DNA from: a bacterium | Lineage (GTDB): Bacteria; Fidelibacterota; Fidelibacteria; Fidelibacterales; Fidelibacteraceae | Length of the DNA stretch: 64,000 nt | Direction: 5' to 3' | Assembly (NCBI GenBank): GCA_963676395.1 | Contig: OY781066.1 | Location: 1,600,001-1,664,000 of the forward strand | In this document: piece by piece, positions 10,041 to 19,492 of the stretch | Layout: every line of letters begins with the position of its first letter | Numbering within the stretch: the stretch's first letter is position 1 | The notes under the pieces: generated by a model | The model's database searches: none | Told to the model about the DNA's origin: nothing | The model's input: only the letters and a program-made list of their open reading frames with translations | Position numbers and translations under genes: made by a program

Positions 10041-10071
10041 GCAAGATATTTTACAAAATATTTCATATCTT

Positions 10072-10174
10072 CTACTCACTACTCACTACTCACTACTCAC
10101 TACTCACTACTCACTACTCACTACTCACTACTCACTACTCACTACTCACTACTCACTACTCACTACTCACTACT
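10072..10174. repeat. Perfect heptamer tandem repeat (CTACTCA)x~14.7
   Basis: Read directly from the sequence; overlaps the stop codon of 10163..10660. Confidence 0.98.
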
Positions 10175-10660
10175 GATTCGTTTTCTGATTATACCTATCA
10201 AGATCAGAACGATAGTGATTAAACACAATCCCCATTTTAGCCATGAAATCACAAGTACAAAATCAGCGATTCCCATGAGTTGTTTGGGCCAGAAAGTGAT
10301 TAGTGCAACGATTCCGGCATTTTCGCAGAGGTCACAAACAGCCTGAGTAAGGGGGATAAACAGCATCCAAAATTTTTCCCACTTTGCATATAACAAGAAT
10401 GCAAAAAGCAGGAAGTATGTAATCGGAAAAAGGACATCCAATGTGAGTGCTCCTAGGATATAGCTATGTCCCATGCCGGGTGAGTAATTGGCAATGATGT
10501 TAAATATTTGGGAGGCTTGAGTTGCAAAAGCCATGTCGATCATGACCGCGTTATCACCTTTTGGCAAGCCTACTTTAAAGAGGATCTCAATAAGTATAAC
10601 AATTCCCAAAAGTATAAAAATATTTTTACGTGTACTGTGTTTCTTGAAAAAAGTGATCAT
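10163..10660 (-). CDS. Hypothetical membrane protein
   Basis: Multiple TM segments; LDVLFP..Y and CDLCEN motifs; SD AGGA. Confidence 0.75.
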   Translation of the reverse strand: MITFFKKHSTRKNIFILLGIVILIEILFKVGLPKGDNAVMIDMAFATQASQIFNIIANYSPGMGHSYILGALTLDVLFPITYFLLFAFLLYAKWEKFWMLFIPLTQAVCDLCENAGIVALITFWPKQLMGIADFVLVISWLKWGLCLITIVLILIGIIRKRISSE

Positions 10661-10868
10661 ACCGATTCCTTGATTTTTCTTGTTTTGTGATTAATAATAA
10701 GGAATAATTTTCTTTAATCCATATGAAAACAATGTGATGGATATGGAGAAGTTTTGTCCCGTTAAATGTTGCTTACATACAATGGAGAAATAATACTTTA
10801 AATTTTGGCCAACAAACAAATATTTAAATTTAACTCTCTATTCAGTCTTCGCTATTTAAGTGAGCGTT

Positions 10869-12473
10869 TTAGCGCCGACGCAAGGTCCTTCCATTTAGCA
10901 CTCCCGTATGTTGGCCATCTTGCACAGCAACCTTACCGTTTACCAGCACAGCTTGAACACCATCGGGATATTGATGTGGGTCGGAGTAGGTGGCGTTATC
11001 GATCACGGTTTCGGGATCGAAGATGACAATATCGGCAAAATAGTTTTTCTTGATAAAACCGCGTTTGGGGATATCAAAGGTACTGGCAACCAGTCCGCTC
11101 ATTTTATGGACAGCTGTTTCCATACTAAAGATACCTTCTTCGCGCGCGTATTTGCCAAGAACGCGTACGGCTGAGCCATAGGCACGAGGATGTTGTTTCC
11201 CCTCGCCGAGCTCACCGTAGGGAGCGTAAGCGGAGGCATCGGCACCGATCATCACAAAGTCCTGAGCTAGAACTTTCTTGAGATTATCTTCATCCATGGC
11301 AAAACCTATCATGTCGGCATGGATATCTTCCAGTAAGACCATTTTAACATATTCCCAGCCGCTTAAACCGGTCATTTCCATGCCTTCTGCAACGGTTTTG
11401 TCGGCATATTTCGGGTTGTTGCAACCCGAAATGAGGAATTTGTCTTCACCGCCAATATTAACGAATTTCGTTTCGCAGTATGCCTTTAGTTCAGCTTCCA
11501 GTTTGGGGTCTTTAAGTCGTGCGATGACATCTCTATCATTTCCGGCTCGTGCCCATGTGGGGAGTAAAACAACCAAAGATGTGTTATAGGCATTGTAAGG
11601 GTAGCGGTCGGCCTGAATGTTTAAGCCTTTTTCACGAGCGGCTTTAACGTGCTCAATTGCGACATGGATATTATCCCAATTGGGAGCATTGCAGGCCTTA
11701 AAATGTGAAATATGTCCTTGGGCACCACTTTTTTCGCTAATCTCAATCACTTCATCAACGGCTTCGACAAGGTATTTATCTTCGTTGCGCATATGTGACA
11801 CATAGGGGACCTTATATTTTGCAAGAACCTTGGACAATTCGATCAATTCTTCGGTGGATGTAAATGAGCCGGGTGTGTATTCCAGTCCCGTACTCATTCC
11901 CCAGGCACCTTGTTTTAACTGAGTTTCAAGCAGAGTTTTCATTTTTGTCAGTTGTTCATCTGTGGCTTCTTTGTCTACATTCCCCATTACATAACGACGG
12001 ATATTTCCTTGCCCGACCAATGCGGCTTGATTAATACCCATGCCACCGGCTTCTAAAGCATCACAGTAGGTTTTGTAATCGGCGTAGGCATTTTTTGATG
12101 ACCACATGCTATTATCATCATCTTTTTGAGGATAAGGTGAGTAACCGCAGTTGCCTGTGACCTCGGTAGTAACACCCTGACGGATCTTGGATTCTCCGCG
12201 AGGATTGATAAGTAATTTTGTATCAGTGTGGGAGTGAGCATCAATAAATCCCGGAGCCACGATTTTGCCGCTTGCATCGATCTTTACATTGGCTTCTTTT
12301 TCGGAAAGATCTCCGATCGCCACGATTTTATCACCAATAATTCCCACATCTGCCTTGTATGCTTTTTCACCGCTACCGTCCATCACGGTTCCTCCGGTGA
12401 TCAAGATATCATAGAAATTTGTACATCCTGTTAATGTCATGAGAATAAGTCCTATTAAAAGTAGTTTTTTCAT
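10869..12473 (-). CDS. N-acyl-D-amino-acid deacylase (D-aminoacylase family), lipoprotein
   Basis: PGFIDAHSH, GVTTEVTGNCG, SHMRNE, HISHFK, HPRAYG; lipobox LTGC. Confidence 0.92.
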   Translation of the reverse strand: MKKLLLIGLILMTLTGCTNFYDILITGGTVMDGSGEKAYKADVGIIGDKIVAIGDLSEKEANVKIDASGKIVAPGFIDAHSHTDTKLLINPRGESKIRQGVTTEVTGNCGYSPYPQKDDDNSMWSSKNAYADYKTYCDALEAGGMGINQAALVGQGNIRRYVMGNVDKEATDEQLTKMKTLLETQLKQGAWGMSTGLEYTPGSFTSTEELIELSKVLAKYKVPYVSHMRNEDKYLVEAVDEVIEISEKSGAQGHISHFKACNAPNWDNIHVAIEHVKAAREKGLNIQADRYPYNAYNTSLVVLLPTWARAGNDRDVIARLKDPKLEAELKAYCETKFVNIGGEDKFLISGCNNPKYADKTVAEGMEMTGLSGWEYVKMVLLEDIHADMIGFAMDEDNLKKVLAQDFVMIGADASAYAPYGELGEGKQHPRAYGSAVRVLGKYAREEGIFSMETAVHKMSGLVASTFDIPKRGFIKKNYFADIVIFDPETVIDNATYSDPHQYPDGVQAVLVNGKVAVQDGQHTGVLNGRTLRRR

Positions 12474-12621
12474 TGTTTATTCCTTGCTGAAACTTGTTTC
12501 AACATCAATAATAATGAAAAAGAGGATTAATCACAATAGAAGAAAGTGCAACCCTGAGCTGCGCACCGCCGGGTAATTATAGACTGAACCGTTCGACAAG
12601 TTCAAAGCTATTGAATGGTGA

Positions 12622-13104
12622 TTAATTGAGTTTGCGTTTTTCTTTAAAAAAATGTGACAATATCGCCCCACACTTCTCCTCATATACTCCCGAAACAACT
12701 TTAACGCTGTGATTTAAGCGCGGATCCTCGCAAAGGTGATAGAGAGAGTCGCATGCGCCGGCTTTAGGGTCTTTGGCGGCGTAAACGATCGTGTCCAGCC
12801 GGGCATGCACAATAGCACCGGCACACATGGGACAGGGTTCCAACGTGACGTAAAGAGTACAGCCTTCGAGTCGTTTTTCTTCGAGTGTCTCGCAGGCGGA
12901 GGTTATGGCGATCATTTCGGCGTGTGCCGTGGGATCTTTGAGTTTTTCCACCTGATTATGAGCTTTGGCAATAATGCGATTATCTTTTACAATGATGGCA
13001 CCGATAGGCACTTCATCTTGCTTGAGAGCTCTTTCGGCTTCGGCGAAGGCTTTTTTCATCCAGTATTCATGATTAAAAGGGTTCATCAGGTCTTGCATGA
13101 TCAC
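12622..13104 (-). CDS. tadA: tRNA adenosine(34) deaminase
   Basis: EVPIGA, TAHAE, LYVTLEPCPMCAGA. Confidence 0.95.
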   Translation of the reverse strand: MIMQDLMNPFNHEYWMKKAFAEAERALKQDEVPIGAIIVKDNRIIAKAHNQVEKLKDPTAHAEMIAITSACETLEEKRLEGCTLYVTLEPCPMCAGAIVHARLDTIVYAAKDPKAGACDSLYHLCEDPRLNHSVKVVSGVYEEKCGAILSHFFKEKRKLN

Positions 13105-14048
13105 TCCTTTTCTTTTAGCATGATCACTCGGTCATCTTGCTGATAATCTTTAACGATCTTTTGTGCAAAGTTTGAAAAAATGTTTTTCAGTTCGGCTGTC
13201 TGATGATTACCGCCATATTCCAATAATGCATAAGCTTTGTTTTCCATCCATTCGCTGAATTTAGCGGCGAAAAAACGATAAAAGCTTAATCCATCATCAT
13301 TATCGGATAAGGCCATATGTGGTTCATAGTGTGAAACATTTTTTGCCAGTCCCGGCATTTCGCCTTGGGCGATATAGGGTGGATTGGAAACGATGATATG
13401 AAATGTATTGTTTAGCTGATAGTTTAATATATCGGCGTGAACGACTTTAATACGATTTTGCAGATTATGGTAATTGACATTGCGCTTAATGATTTCCACA
13501 GCTTCGGGAGATTTTTCAAGAGCTGTTACATTAGCCTGAGGAATATGCTTTGCAAGTGCAATAGCAATACATCCCGAGCCCGAGCCGATATCAAGAATAC
13601 GTAGTTCTTTAGGAAGGGTGACGATCTCGGTTTTTTCTTCTTTGCCTTCTTCTGAGCTGATCTTACGCTCAATGCTTCCGGCTTTAATATTCTCAAGGAT
13701 TTTGGGTGCCAGTTTGATGGCTTCTTCAACCAGTCGTTCCGTTTCCGGGCGGGGAACCAGTACATGTTCATTGATGGCAAGCTCAATGCCATAGAATTCA
13801 CAATTGCCTACAACCTGTTGTACAGGCTGATTAGCGGCACATTTTAGTAACATGGGACGAAATTTTGCCAATTCGTTTTCGCTCATAGGGCGATCGAATT
13901 GAAGATACAAATCCATTCTTGAGCAGGAAAGAGTATCGCATAGTAGCCATTCTACCACCGATTTTGCGTCCTCTATACCTTTTTCATCAAGATAATTTGC
14001 GGACCAATTCATGATACTCATCACGGTCCATGTTTCTTGCTTGCTCAT
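13101..14048 (-). CDS. prmC: Release factor glutamine methyltransferase
   Basis: VLVPRPETE, LDIGSGSGCI, SNPPY; follows prfA. Confidence 0.95.
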   Translation of the reverse strand: MSKQETWTVMSIMNWSANYLDEKGIEDAKSVVEWLLCDTLSCSRMDLYLQFDRPMSENELAKFRPMLLKCAANQPVQQVVGNCEFYGIELAINEHVLVPRPETERLVEEAIKLAPKILENIKAGSIERKISSEEGKEEKTEIVTLPKELRILDIGSGSGCIAIALAKHIPQANVTALEKSPEAVEIIKRNVNYHNLQNRIKVVHADILNYQLNNTFHIIVSNPPYIAQGEMPGLAKNVSHYEPHMALSDNDDGLSFYRFFAAKFSEWMENKAYALLEYGGNHQTAELKNIFSNFAQKIVKDYQQDDRVIMLKEKE

Positions 14049-15109
14049 TAGAGATTCTTAAGTTTCTCGATATTGTCTGCCAGCTTTAATTGCTCAACGA
14101 CTTCATATAAGTCGCCGTCCATCACAGCTTGAAGCTGGTGAGTGGTAAAGTTAATGCGATGATCCGTGATACGCATCTGAGGGTAATTGTAGGTGCGGAT
14201 TTTGGCCGAACGGTCACCGGTAGAAACCTGTGAGCGACGTTCTGCAGCCATTTTAGCATTTTGTTTATCAATACTGTCCTGTAACAAGCGAGAGTACAGG
14301 ATCTTAAGGGCTTTTTCTTTATTTTTGTGCTGTGAACGTTCGTCTTGACAAGCGACGACAACACCCGAAGGAATGTGTGTGATGCGGATAGCCGAATCGG
14401 TTTTATTTACATGCTGACCCCCTGCACCGCTGGCGCGAAAGGTATCGATACGAAGATCTTGATCTGCGATCTCAATATCTACTTTTTCAGCTTCAGGCAG
14501 CACAGCCACGGTTGCAGCTGAGGTGTGAATACGTCCCGAAGTTTCTGTCGCCGGTACACGTTGAACTCGGTGAACGCCGGATTCATATTTCAATTTCCCG
14601 TAAACACCGTCACCTTTAATGGAGAAAGAGATTTCCTTAATACCGCCAAGTCCGATAAAAGAAGAAGATAATTCTTCGATTTTCCATTTATTACGTTCGG
14701 CAAAGCGGACATACATACGGTAAAGGTCATGAGCAAATAAAGCCGCTTCATCACCGCCGGTTCCGGCACGAACTTCCAGAATCGTAGATTTTTCATCATT
14801 GGGATCGGGAGGAATAAGCAGGAATTTGATCTCTTCTTCCATGCGTTCACGTTCGGTTTTAAGATCATCCAATTCTTCTCTGACCAATTCTTTCATTTCT
14901 TCGTCATCACCCTGTAGGATCTCTTCGTCACCTTTTATGTTTTTCAATACTTCGGCATACGCTTTATGAGCTTCCATGATAGGTTCAAGATGCTTCCGTT
15001 CCTGAGATAATGTTTTAAATTTTTTTTGATCGCTGAAGGTGGCCGGATCTGATAATTCCGCAATCACCGTATCATAGCGCTCTTTTATTTGTTCTAATTT
15101 TTCTAACAT
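14048..15109 (-). CDS. prfA: Peptide chain release factor 1
   Basis: GTGGDEA, RVPATE (PxT), GAGGQHVN. Confidence 0.97.
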   Translation of the reverse strand: MLEKLEQIKERYDTVIAELSDPATFSDQKKFKTLSQERKHLEPIMEAHKAYAEVLKNIKGDEEILQGDDEEMKELVREELDDLKTERERMEEEIKFLLIPPDPNDEKSTILEVRAGTGGDEAALFAHDLYRMYVRFAERNKWKIEELSSSFIGLGGIKEISFSIKGDGVYGKLKYESGVHRVQRVPATETSGRIHTSAATVAVLPEAEKVDIEIADQDLRIDTFRASGAGGQHVNKTDSAIRITHIPSGVVVACQDERSQHKNKEKALKILYSRLLQDSIDKQNAKMAAERRSQVSTGDRSAKIRTYNYPQMRITDHRINFTTHQLQAVMDGDLYEVVEQLKLADNIEKLKNL

Positions 15110-15123
15110 GCTTTACTCCGGAA

Positions 15124-16092
15124 TTATTCCATCGCCTCGGCGACAAAGCCGCCTTCTTTATATGTTTCCCATTCATCTCCAAAACCGACTTTCAAAGATG
15201 TGATTGCGCATTCGATCATGCTGTCATCAGGTTCTTTTGTTGTGATGCGTTGTAGCCATAGACCGGGTTTCGCCATCCATGCAATATACCATTTATCTAG
15301 ATTACGACTTGAAAATTTTAAAACTTCATAACCGATTCCCATAACCAAAGGGATAAGTGGTAGGTGATAAAGTAAGCGAAGTTGGATCGTGAGTGTTATA
15401 TCAAAGAAGTGCATCACGAGCGCATCAACGATGGCATAGATCAGGATCACATTGATCATAGAAATGAACAAAAATGAGGTTCCACAGCGAGGATGAAAGC
15501 GAGAGAATTTTTTTACATTTTCTACTGTAAGTTCTTCACCCGATTCAAATGCATAGATGGTTTTATGCTCGGCTCCGTGGTTCATGAACAAGCGCTTGAC
15601 ATCTTTCATCATTGAAATAATGATAAGGTAAAGTAAAAAGAAAATGATTCTGAACGCACCGGCAGAAAGGTTAAATAAGAAAGCGGATTCCTGTAAACCA
15701 AAGACTTTTTCGGTAACCCACATGGGACCGATAAGGAACATCACGATCGCTAGGCCAAAGGCAAACACTGTGCTGAGTGCACCAAGAAGTTTCGACCATA
15801 TGGTTTCTTCTTTTTTTGCTTCTTCGGGGAAAGCGATCTCGGCTGAGAAATTCAAGGTTTCCATGCCGATTTTCATAGATTCGATCATTGAGACAACGCC
15901 ACGAACTACCGGCCACCCGTAGAATTTCTTTTTCTTGGCTAATGAAGTGAACTCTTTGCGCTCAGTAATGATCTCTCCCTCTGGATTTCTAACAGCCGTA
16001 GCATAGGCTTTAGGAGTTCTCATCATAACACCTTCCATTACGGCTTGACCGCCGACCAGGATGGTTTTTTTCTTTTCGTTTGATTGACTCAT
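15124..16092 (-). CDS. DUF1385 family membrane protein
   Basis: GGQAVMEGVMMR, HGAEHK, HPRCGTSF, TTKEP; canonical rpmE-prfA context. Confidence 0.92.
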   Translation of the reverse strand: MSQSNEKKKTILVGGQAVMEGVMMRTPKAYATAVRNPEGEIITERKEFTSLAKKKKFYGWPVVRGVVSMIESMKIGMETLNFSAEIAFPEEAKKEETIWSKLLGALSTVFAFGLAIVMFLIGPMWVTEKVFGLQESAFLFNLSAGAFRIIFFLLYLIIISMMKDVKRLFMNHGAEHKTIYAFESGEELTVENVKKFSRFHPRCGTSFLFISMINVILIYAIVDALVMHFFDITLTIQLRLLYHLPLIPLVMGIGYEVLKFSSRNLDKWYIAWMAKPGLWLQRITTKEPDDSMIECAITSLKVGFGDEWETYKEGGFVAEAME

Positions 16093-16126
16093 TATAGACT
16101 TCTTTGCTTAAAATTTAGGGATAACA

Positions 16127-16154
16127 AAAATCATCCCGGATTCGGGATGATTTT
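16127..16154 (-). terminator. Hairpin/terminator after rpmE
   Basis: AAAATCATCCCG-GATT-CGGGATGATTTT. Confidence 0.75.
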
Positions 16155-16175
16155 AATATTTCTAACAACAAAAAG

Positions 16176-16385
16176 CTACTGGTCTTTTTTGATACCGTAT
16201 TTTTTGTTGAATTTTTCGATACGACCTGCTGTATCAAGTAATTTTTGCTTACCGGTAAAGAAAGGATGGCAAGCTGAACAAATTTCGACTTTTAGATCAC
16301 CAGCGGTAGAACGTGTTGTGAAAGTGTTACCGCAAGCACAGGTGACTGTAACTTCGTCATATTTTGGATGGATTCCAGTTTTCAT
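16176..16385 (-). CDS. rpmE: 50S ribosomal protein L31 (Zn-binding type)
   Basis: [24 protein letters not shown]; start ATG 16385 with SD AGGAG. Confidence 0.97.
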   Translation of the reverse strand: MKTGIHPKYDEVTVTCACGNTFTTRSTAGDLKVEICSACHPFFTGKQKLLDTAGRIEKFNKKYGIKKDQ

Positions 16386-16535
16386 TTTTTGACTCCTAAC
16401 GATCATATTCAAAGCCGTGTATTATACGATTGAAATTTCGATTAGTCAAGAAAATTTGATGAGATGACATAAATTTTATTTTTCAGACGGGATAACAGGA
16501 TCAAGCGGAAATTTTATCTTTTACCATAAGCAAAG

Positions 16536-17492
16536 CTATTGACCAGAGTAGGATATCCCAAGCGCTGTCATCAGGGTAAAATTTGCATAATGATAAACAC
16601 CAAGATTAATATCAATAGAGCCCATGTTGTAGACTGCTCCGAGGGCAACACCGCTAAGAATATTATCTAAACCATAATTGTTTGATGCAAGATCAATTCT
16701 TGCCAGATCAATACCGCTTAATATTTTAAGATTTTCTGCCGCTTTGATATAGAACCCTATGCTTAGTTTTTGAGCAAAATATGGGGCGGCATAATCAAAG
16801 TTAAAATTATTTTCGTTATCGTAGAACAATTGAGGATCCCAGTCATCTCCATTCCACCTGAAATCAATGTTCAATCTGAGGGGTAGATATTCCAATTCAT
16901 GAGAAATAGATGCGCGCCATGTATTATCAAGTCCATCACTGATTCCGGAAAAAGCAATGATGTTATCTCGTTCACCAAAAGTGTAGCTAAACCCATAGCG
17001 GGCAAAGAGGCTTGCTTCCCGGGTTCCCGATATCCTGTTCCCCTGAAATACAAGTTGAGCTCCGGCTTTAAAATGTTTAGACATTTTAAAGGCATATCCA
17101 AGGAAATATTGGTATTGGGCTGCGGTAAATTCACCGGTTAGAGTCCCATTTAGATCACGTTCGTTAAAACTGCCATAATTTTCAAAATTTAAGCCACCCA
17201 CTATGGCATGGTTTTCTTTAAAACTATAATGACCAGAAATTTCACTGATATTTATCCGTACTCCGGGGATGAATGATTCATTCAAGTTCACTGACCAGGG
17301 GGAATCATAGGGAACAAGTGACGGATTAAGAAGATAAGCACTGTTTGCATCTGCAATGGCGGCACCCGAATGAGCCATTCCCCAATAGGCGGGGGAGGCA
17401 AAATTAGTGGTTTGAGAGGGTAACTCTGCCAGTAAAGGACTTATCATCAGTGATAGGATAAATAGTAATGATTTCCAAGATGATCTATTCAA
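16536..17492 (-). CDS. Outer-membrane beta-barrel, PorV/PorQ-like
   Basis: Signal peptide; GMAHSGAA..NPSL, NYGSF..G..TGEF; alternating beta strands ending LGISY. Confidence 0.65.
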   Translation of the reverse strand: MNRSSWKSLLFILSLMISPLLAELPSQTTNFASPAYWGMAHSGAAIADANSAYLLNPSLVPYDSPWSVNLNESFIPGVRINISEISGHYSFKENHAIVGGLNFENYGSFNERDLNGTLTGEFTAAQYQYFLGYAFKMSKHFKAGAQLVFQGNRISGTREASLFARYGFSYTFGERDNIIAFSGISDGLDNTWRASISHELEYLPLRLNIDFRWNGDDWDPQLFYDNENNFNFDYAAPYFAQKLSIGFYIKAAENLKILSGIDLARIDLASNNYGLDNILSGVALGAVYNMGSIDINLGVYHYANFTLMTALGISYSGQ

Positions 17493-17579
17493 ATTGACTC
17501 CTTCCGATGCTATTGAGTCGTTTTAAAATTCAAGATGTTCCCGATTGGGGTAATAAGTTATGAAAGAATTGTGTAAAAT

Positions 17580-17621
17580 CCAACCGACTCGGTTCTTTTA
17601 ACATCTAACCGAGTCGGTTGG
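17580..17621 (-). terminator. 15-bp stem hairpin downstream of the 17631 gene
   Basis: CCAACCGACTCGGTT ... AACCGAGTCGGTTGG. Confidence 0.65.
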
Positions 17622-17630
17622 GTATATTTA

Positions 17631-19433
17631 TTATTTAAATTCTTCCGGTTTAAATCCACGACTATAATGTGTATTGGTTTTGCTGATACGACCACCATAT
17701 TCCGGAAAATACTCCGTATTGTAGTTGATGCCGTTTGTACTTGTTTGTGTAGACCAATAACGCATGCCGGTAGTGTCTCCCGCCGCATTTGTTGTCCAGT
17801 TAATAAAAATAACAGAGTGCCCACTTCCGGAGGTTCGCCAAATTTGTACGAAATCACCTTTTTTCACATCTTTCATTTCATCTATTGTTTCACCTACACC
17901 GTAGTCGACCAAAGCGATCCCGGGTCCATCACCATTTGTGGATTGTACAAACCATTTTGAGATAAATGATGAAAAGTCCGATGCATTTATATTGTTTATA
18001 TCATTTCCCATATTCCTATCTGTGAGTAGTCGGTTCATTGCCCTGTACCATACTTCAAATGTTGCTCCACAGCAATAAGTACTATGAGATGAATCAGCGT
18101 TTGCTTTCGCTATGCGGGTGCCTTTGTAATAAAGGTCTCTACTGACACCATGATAACCGCTGACCCATGAGTATGGGTATCGTCCATCGCGATGATATTC
18201 TTCTAAAAGGTCAACAACATAATCGTTAAATGTCAAATCTTCATACCGGGAAGCGACAAGGTAGGCTGAATCCTGCCAGGTAACATTTCTTTCATCTGTG
18301 ATATTCATATGAACAAGTGTTGAAAATGTATCTTGAGTGGTTCCTTCCAGTGAAAGACCATTAAAGCCAAAGGATGCAGGTAGCTCATCAGTGGGACTAA
18401 CTTGAACATTGCCCTGCGAGTTTTCGATGAGCATGTTTTTTGCATGACTTTCACCTACATAGATCCTTCTTAGCTTTTTGGGCCAGATCTTGGCAGAGGG
18501 CTGGAGGTCAAAATTGATCCTGAAGCTGTTATACTTTGTACCGGAAGCTTCTTTTAGGCTAAAATCAGCATAGCTTCTATTTACATTGTGATATTGCATG
18601 ATGATCGTACTGTCATCATGAACATTCCAATCAAAATCAATTTGATTCGATGTGATCTCAATATCATTTTCAAAGTATATATCGATCGTATCATTTACAT
18701 TTTGTCCTTCAAGTACGGACAGATTTTCCGGTTGAGTCCTTAGGTATGGATGCACATGCACAGGGATGGTACCAAGATCTAAGGTAGTTGGAATTTCGCT
18801 ATAACTTTGTGTATATGTTTTGTTTTCAATATCACCGTCTTCAAACTTTAATTCCAGGGTACTATTGGTGGCTTTACTTAAATATATTGTTGCGGGTGAA
18901 CCCGAAGATATAAGGTTTGAAGATGAGAGGGTCATCTTTTTAATTTCGGTTTTACCGTTCATTTGTAAAACTGAAAAATATATACCTTGTGGACAAAGCT
19001 GAAGTTCATCGTTCAACCCATTCCAGATCATTGAGTATTCTCCCGCTGAAAAACGATCTTGAGCCAGTGTGCGAATCTTTCTCCCTCTGATATCATAGAT
19101 ACTAAGTTTTACTTCACCGGGATTATTTATTTTAAAGGGAACGGAAGTTTTTTTATTGAAAGGGTTTGGGTAATTGGCATCCAGCGTGAAATCCTCAACA
19201 ATATCATAGGGAGTATCGGCTGTTGCCGTTTCGCTTTTGGTAAAAACGCCATACTCATTTGTATAAAGAAGCGCCTTGACGCTTGAGTTAACATAGACTT
19301 TAACTCTAACATTATCACACTTTTCTATACCACCTCTACCATTTACAAGTTTTCCGGTTAAATTTGTCAGTTCCGCAAATACAAATGATGTCGTTAAGCA
19401 TAATATGATGAATAATAATTGTCTTTTTTTGAT
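17631..19433 (-). CDS. Secreted protein (600 aa, ATC start): N-terminal YPNPFN/FlgD-Ig-like domain, Ig-like middle, C-terminal Cys/His papain-like (NlpC/P60-like) domain
   Basis: The frame is open 134 codons upstream of the track's Met 19031: (I/M)KKRQLLFIILCLTTSFVFA-E...LDANYPNPFNKKT...IYDIRGRKIRTL. SD GAAGGA lies 7 nt before the ATC. C-terminus has TYCCG, GDFVQIWR, GHSVIF, YWSTQ. Confidence 0.8.
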   Translation of the reverse strand: MKKRQLLFIILCLTTSFVFAELTNLTGKLVNGRGGIEKCDNVRVKVYVNSSVKALLYTNEYGVFTKSETATADTPYDIVEDFTLDANYPNPFNKKTSVPFKINNPGEVKLSIYDIRGRKIRTLAQDRFSAGEYSMIWNGLNDELQLCPQGIYFSVLQMNGKTEIKKMTLSSSNLISSGSPATIYLSKATNSTLELKFEDGDIENKTYTQSYSEIPTTLDLGTIPVHVHPYLRTQPENLSVLEGQNVNDTIDIYFENDIEITSNQIDFDWNVHDDSTIIMQYHNVNRSYADFSLKEASGTKYNSFRINFDLQPSAKIWPKKLRRIYVGESHAKNMLIENSQGNVQVSPTDELPASFGFNGLSLEGTTQDTFSTLVHMNITDERNVTWQDSAYLVASRYEDLTFNDYVVDLLEEYHRDGRYPYSWVSGYHGVSRDLYYKGTRIAKANADSSHSTYCCGATFEVWYRAMNRLLTDRNMGNDINNINASDFSSFISKWFVQSTNGDGPGIALVDYGVGETIDEMKDVKKGDFVQIWRTSGSGHSVIFINWTTNAAGDTTGMRYWSTQTSTNGINYNTEYFPEYGGRISKTNTHYSRGFKPEEFK

Positions 19434-19492
19434 GTTTAATTCCTTCTTCGATAAGGTTATAAGGGTATCTAGTTTTGCACCTTTTAGATGGT

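Noticed and set aside
10072..10174. CRISPR array
   Set aside because: A 7-bp tandem repeat with no spacers; no cas genes in the window.
9973..10176. 67-aa ORF with LLTTHYS repeats
   Set aside because: Translation of the heptamer DNA repeat, antisense to real genes.
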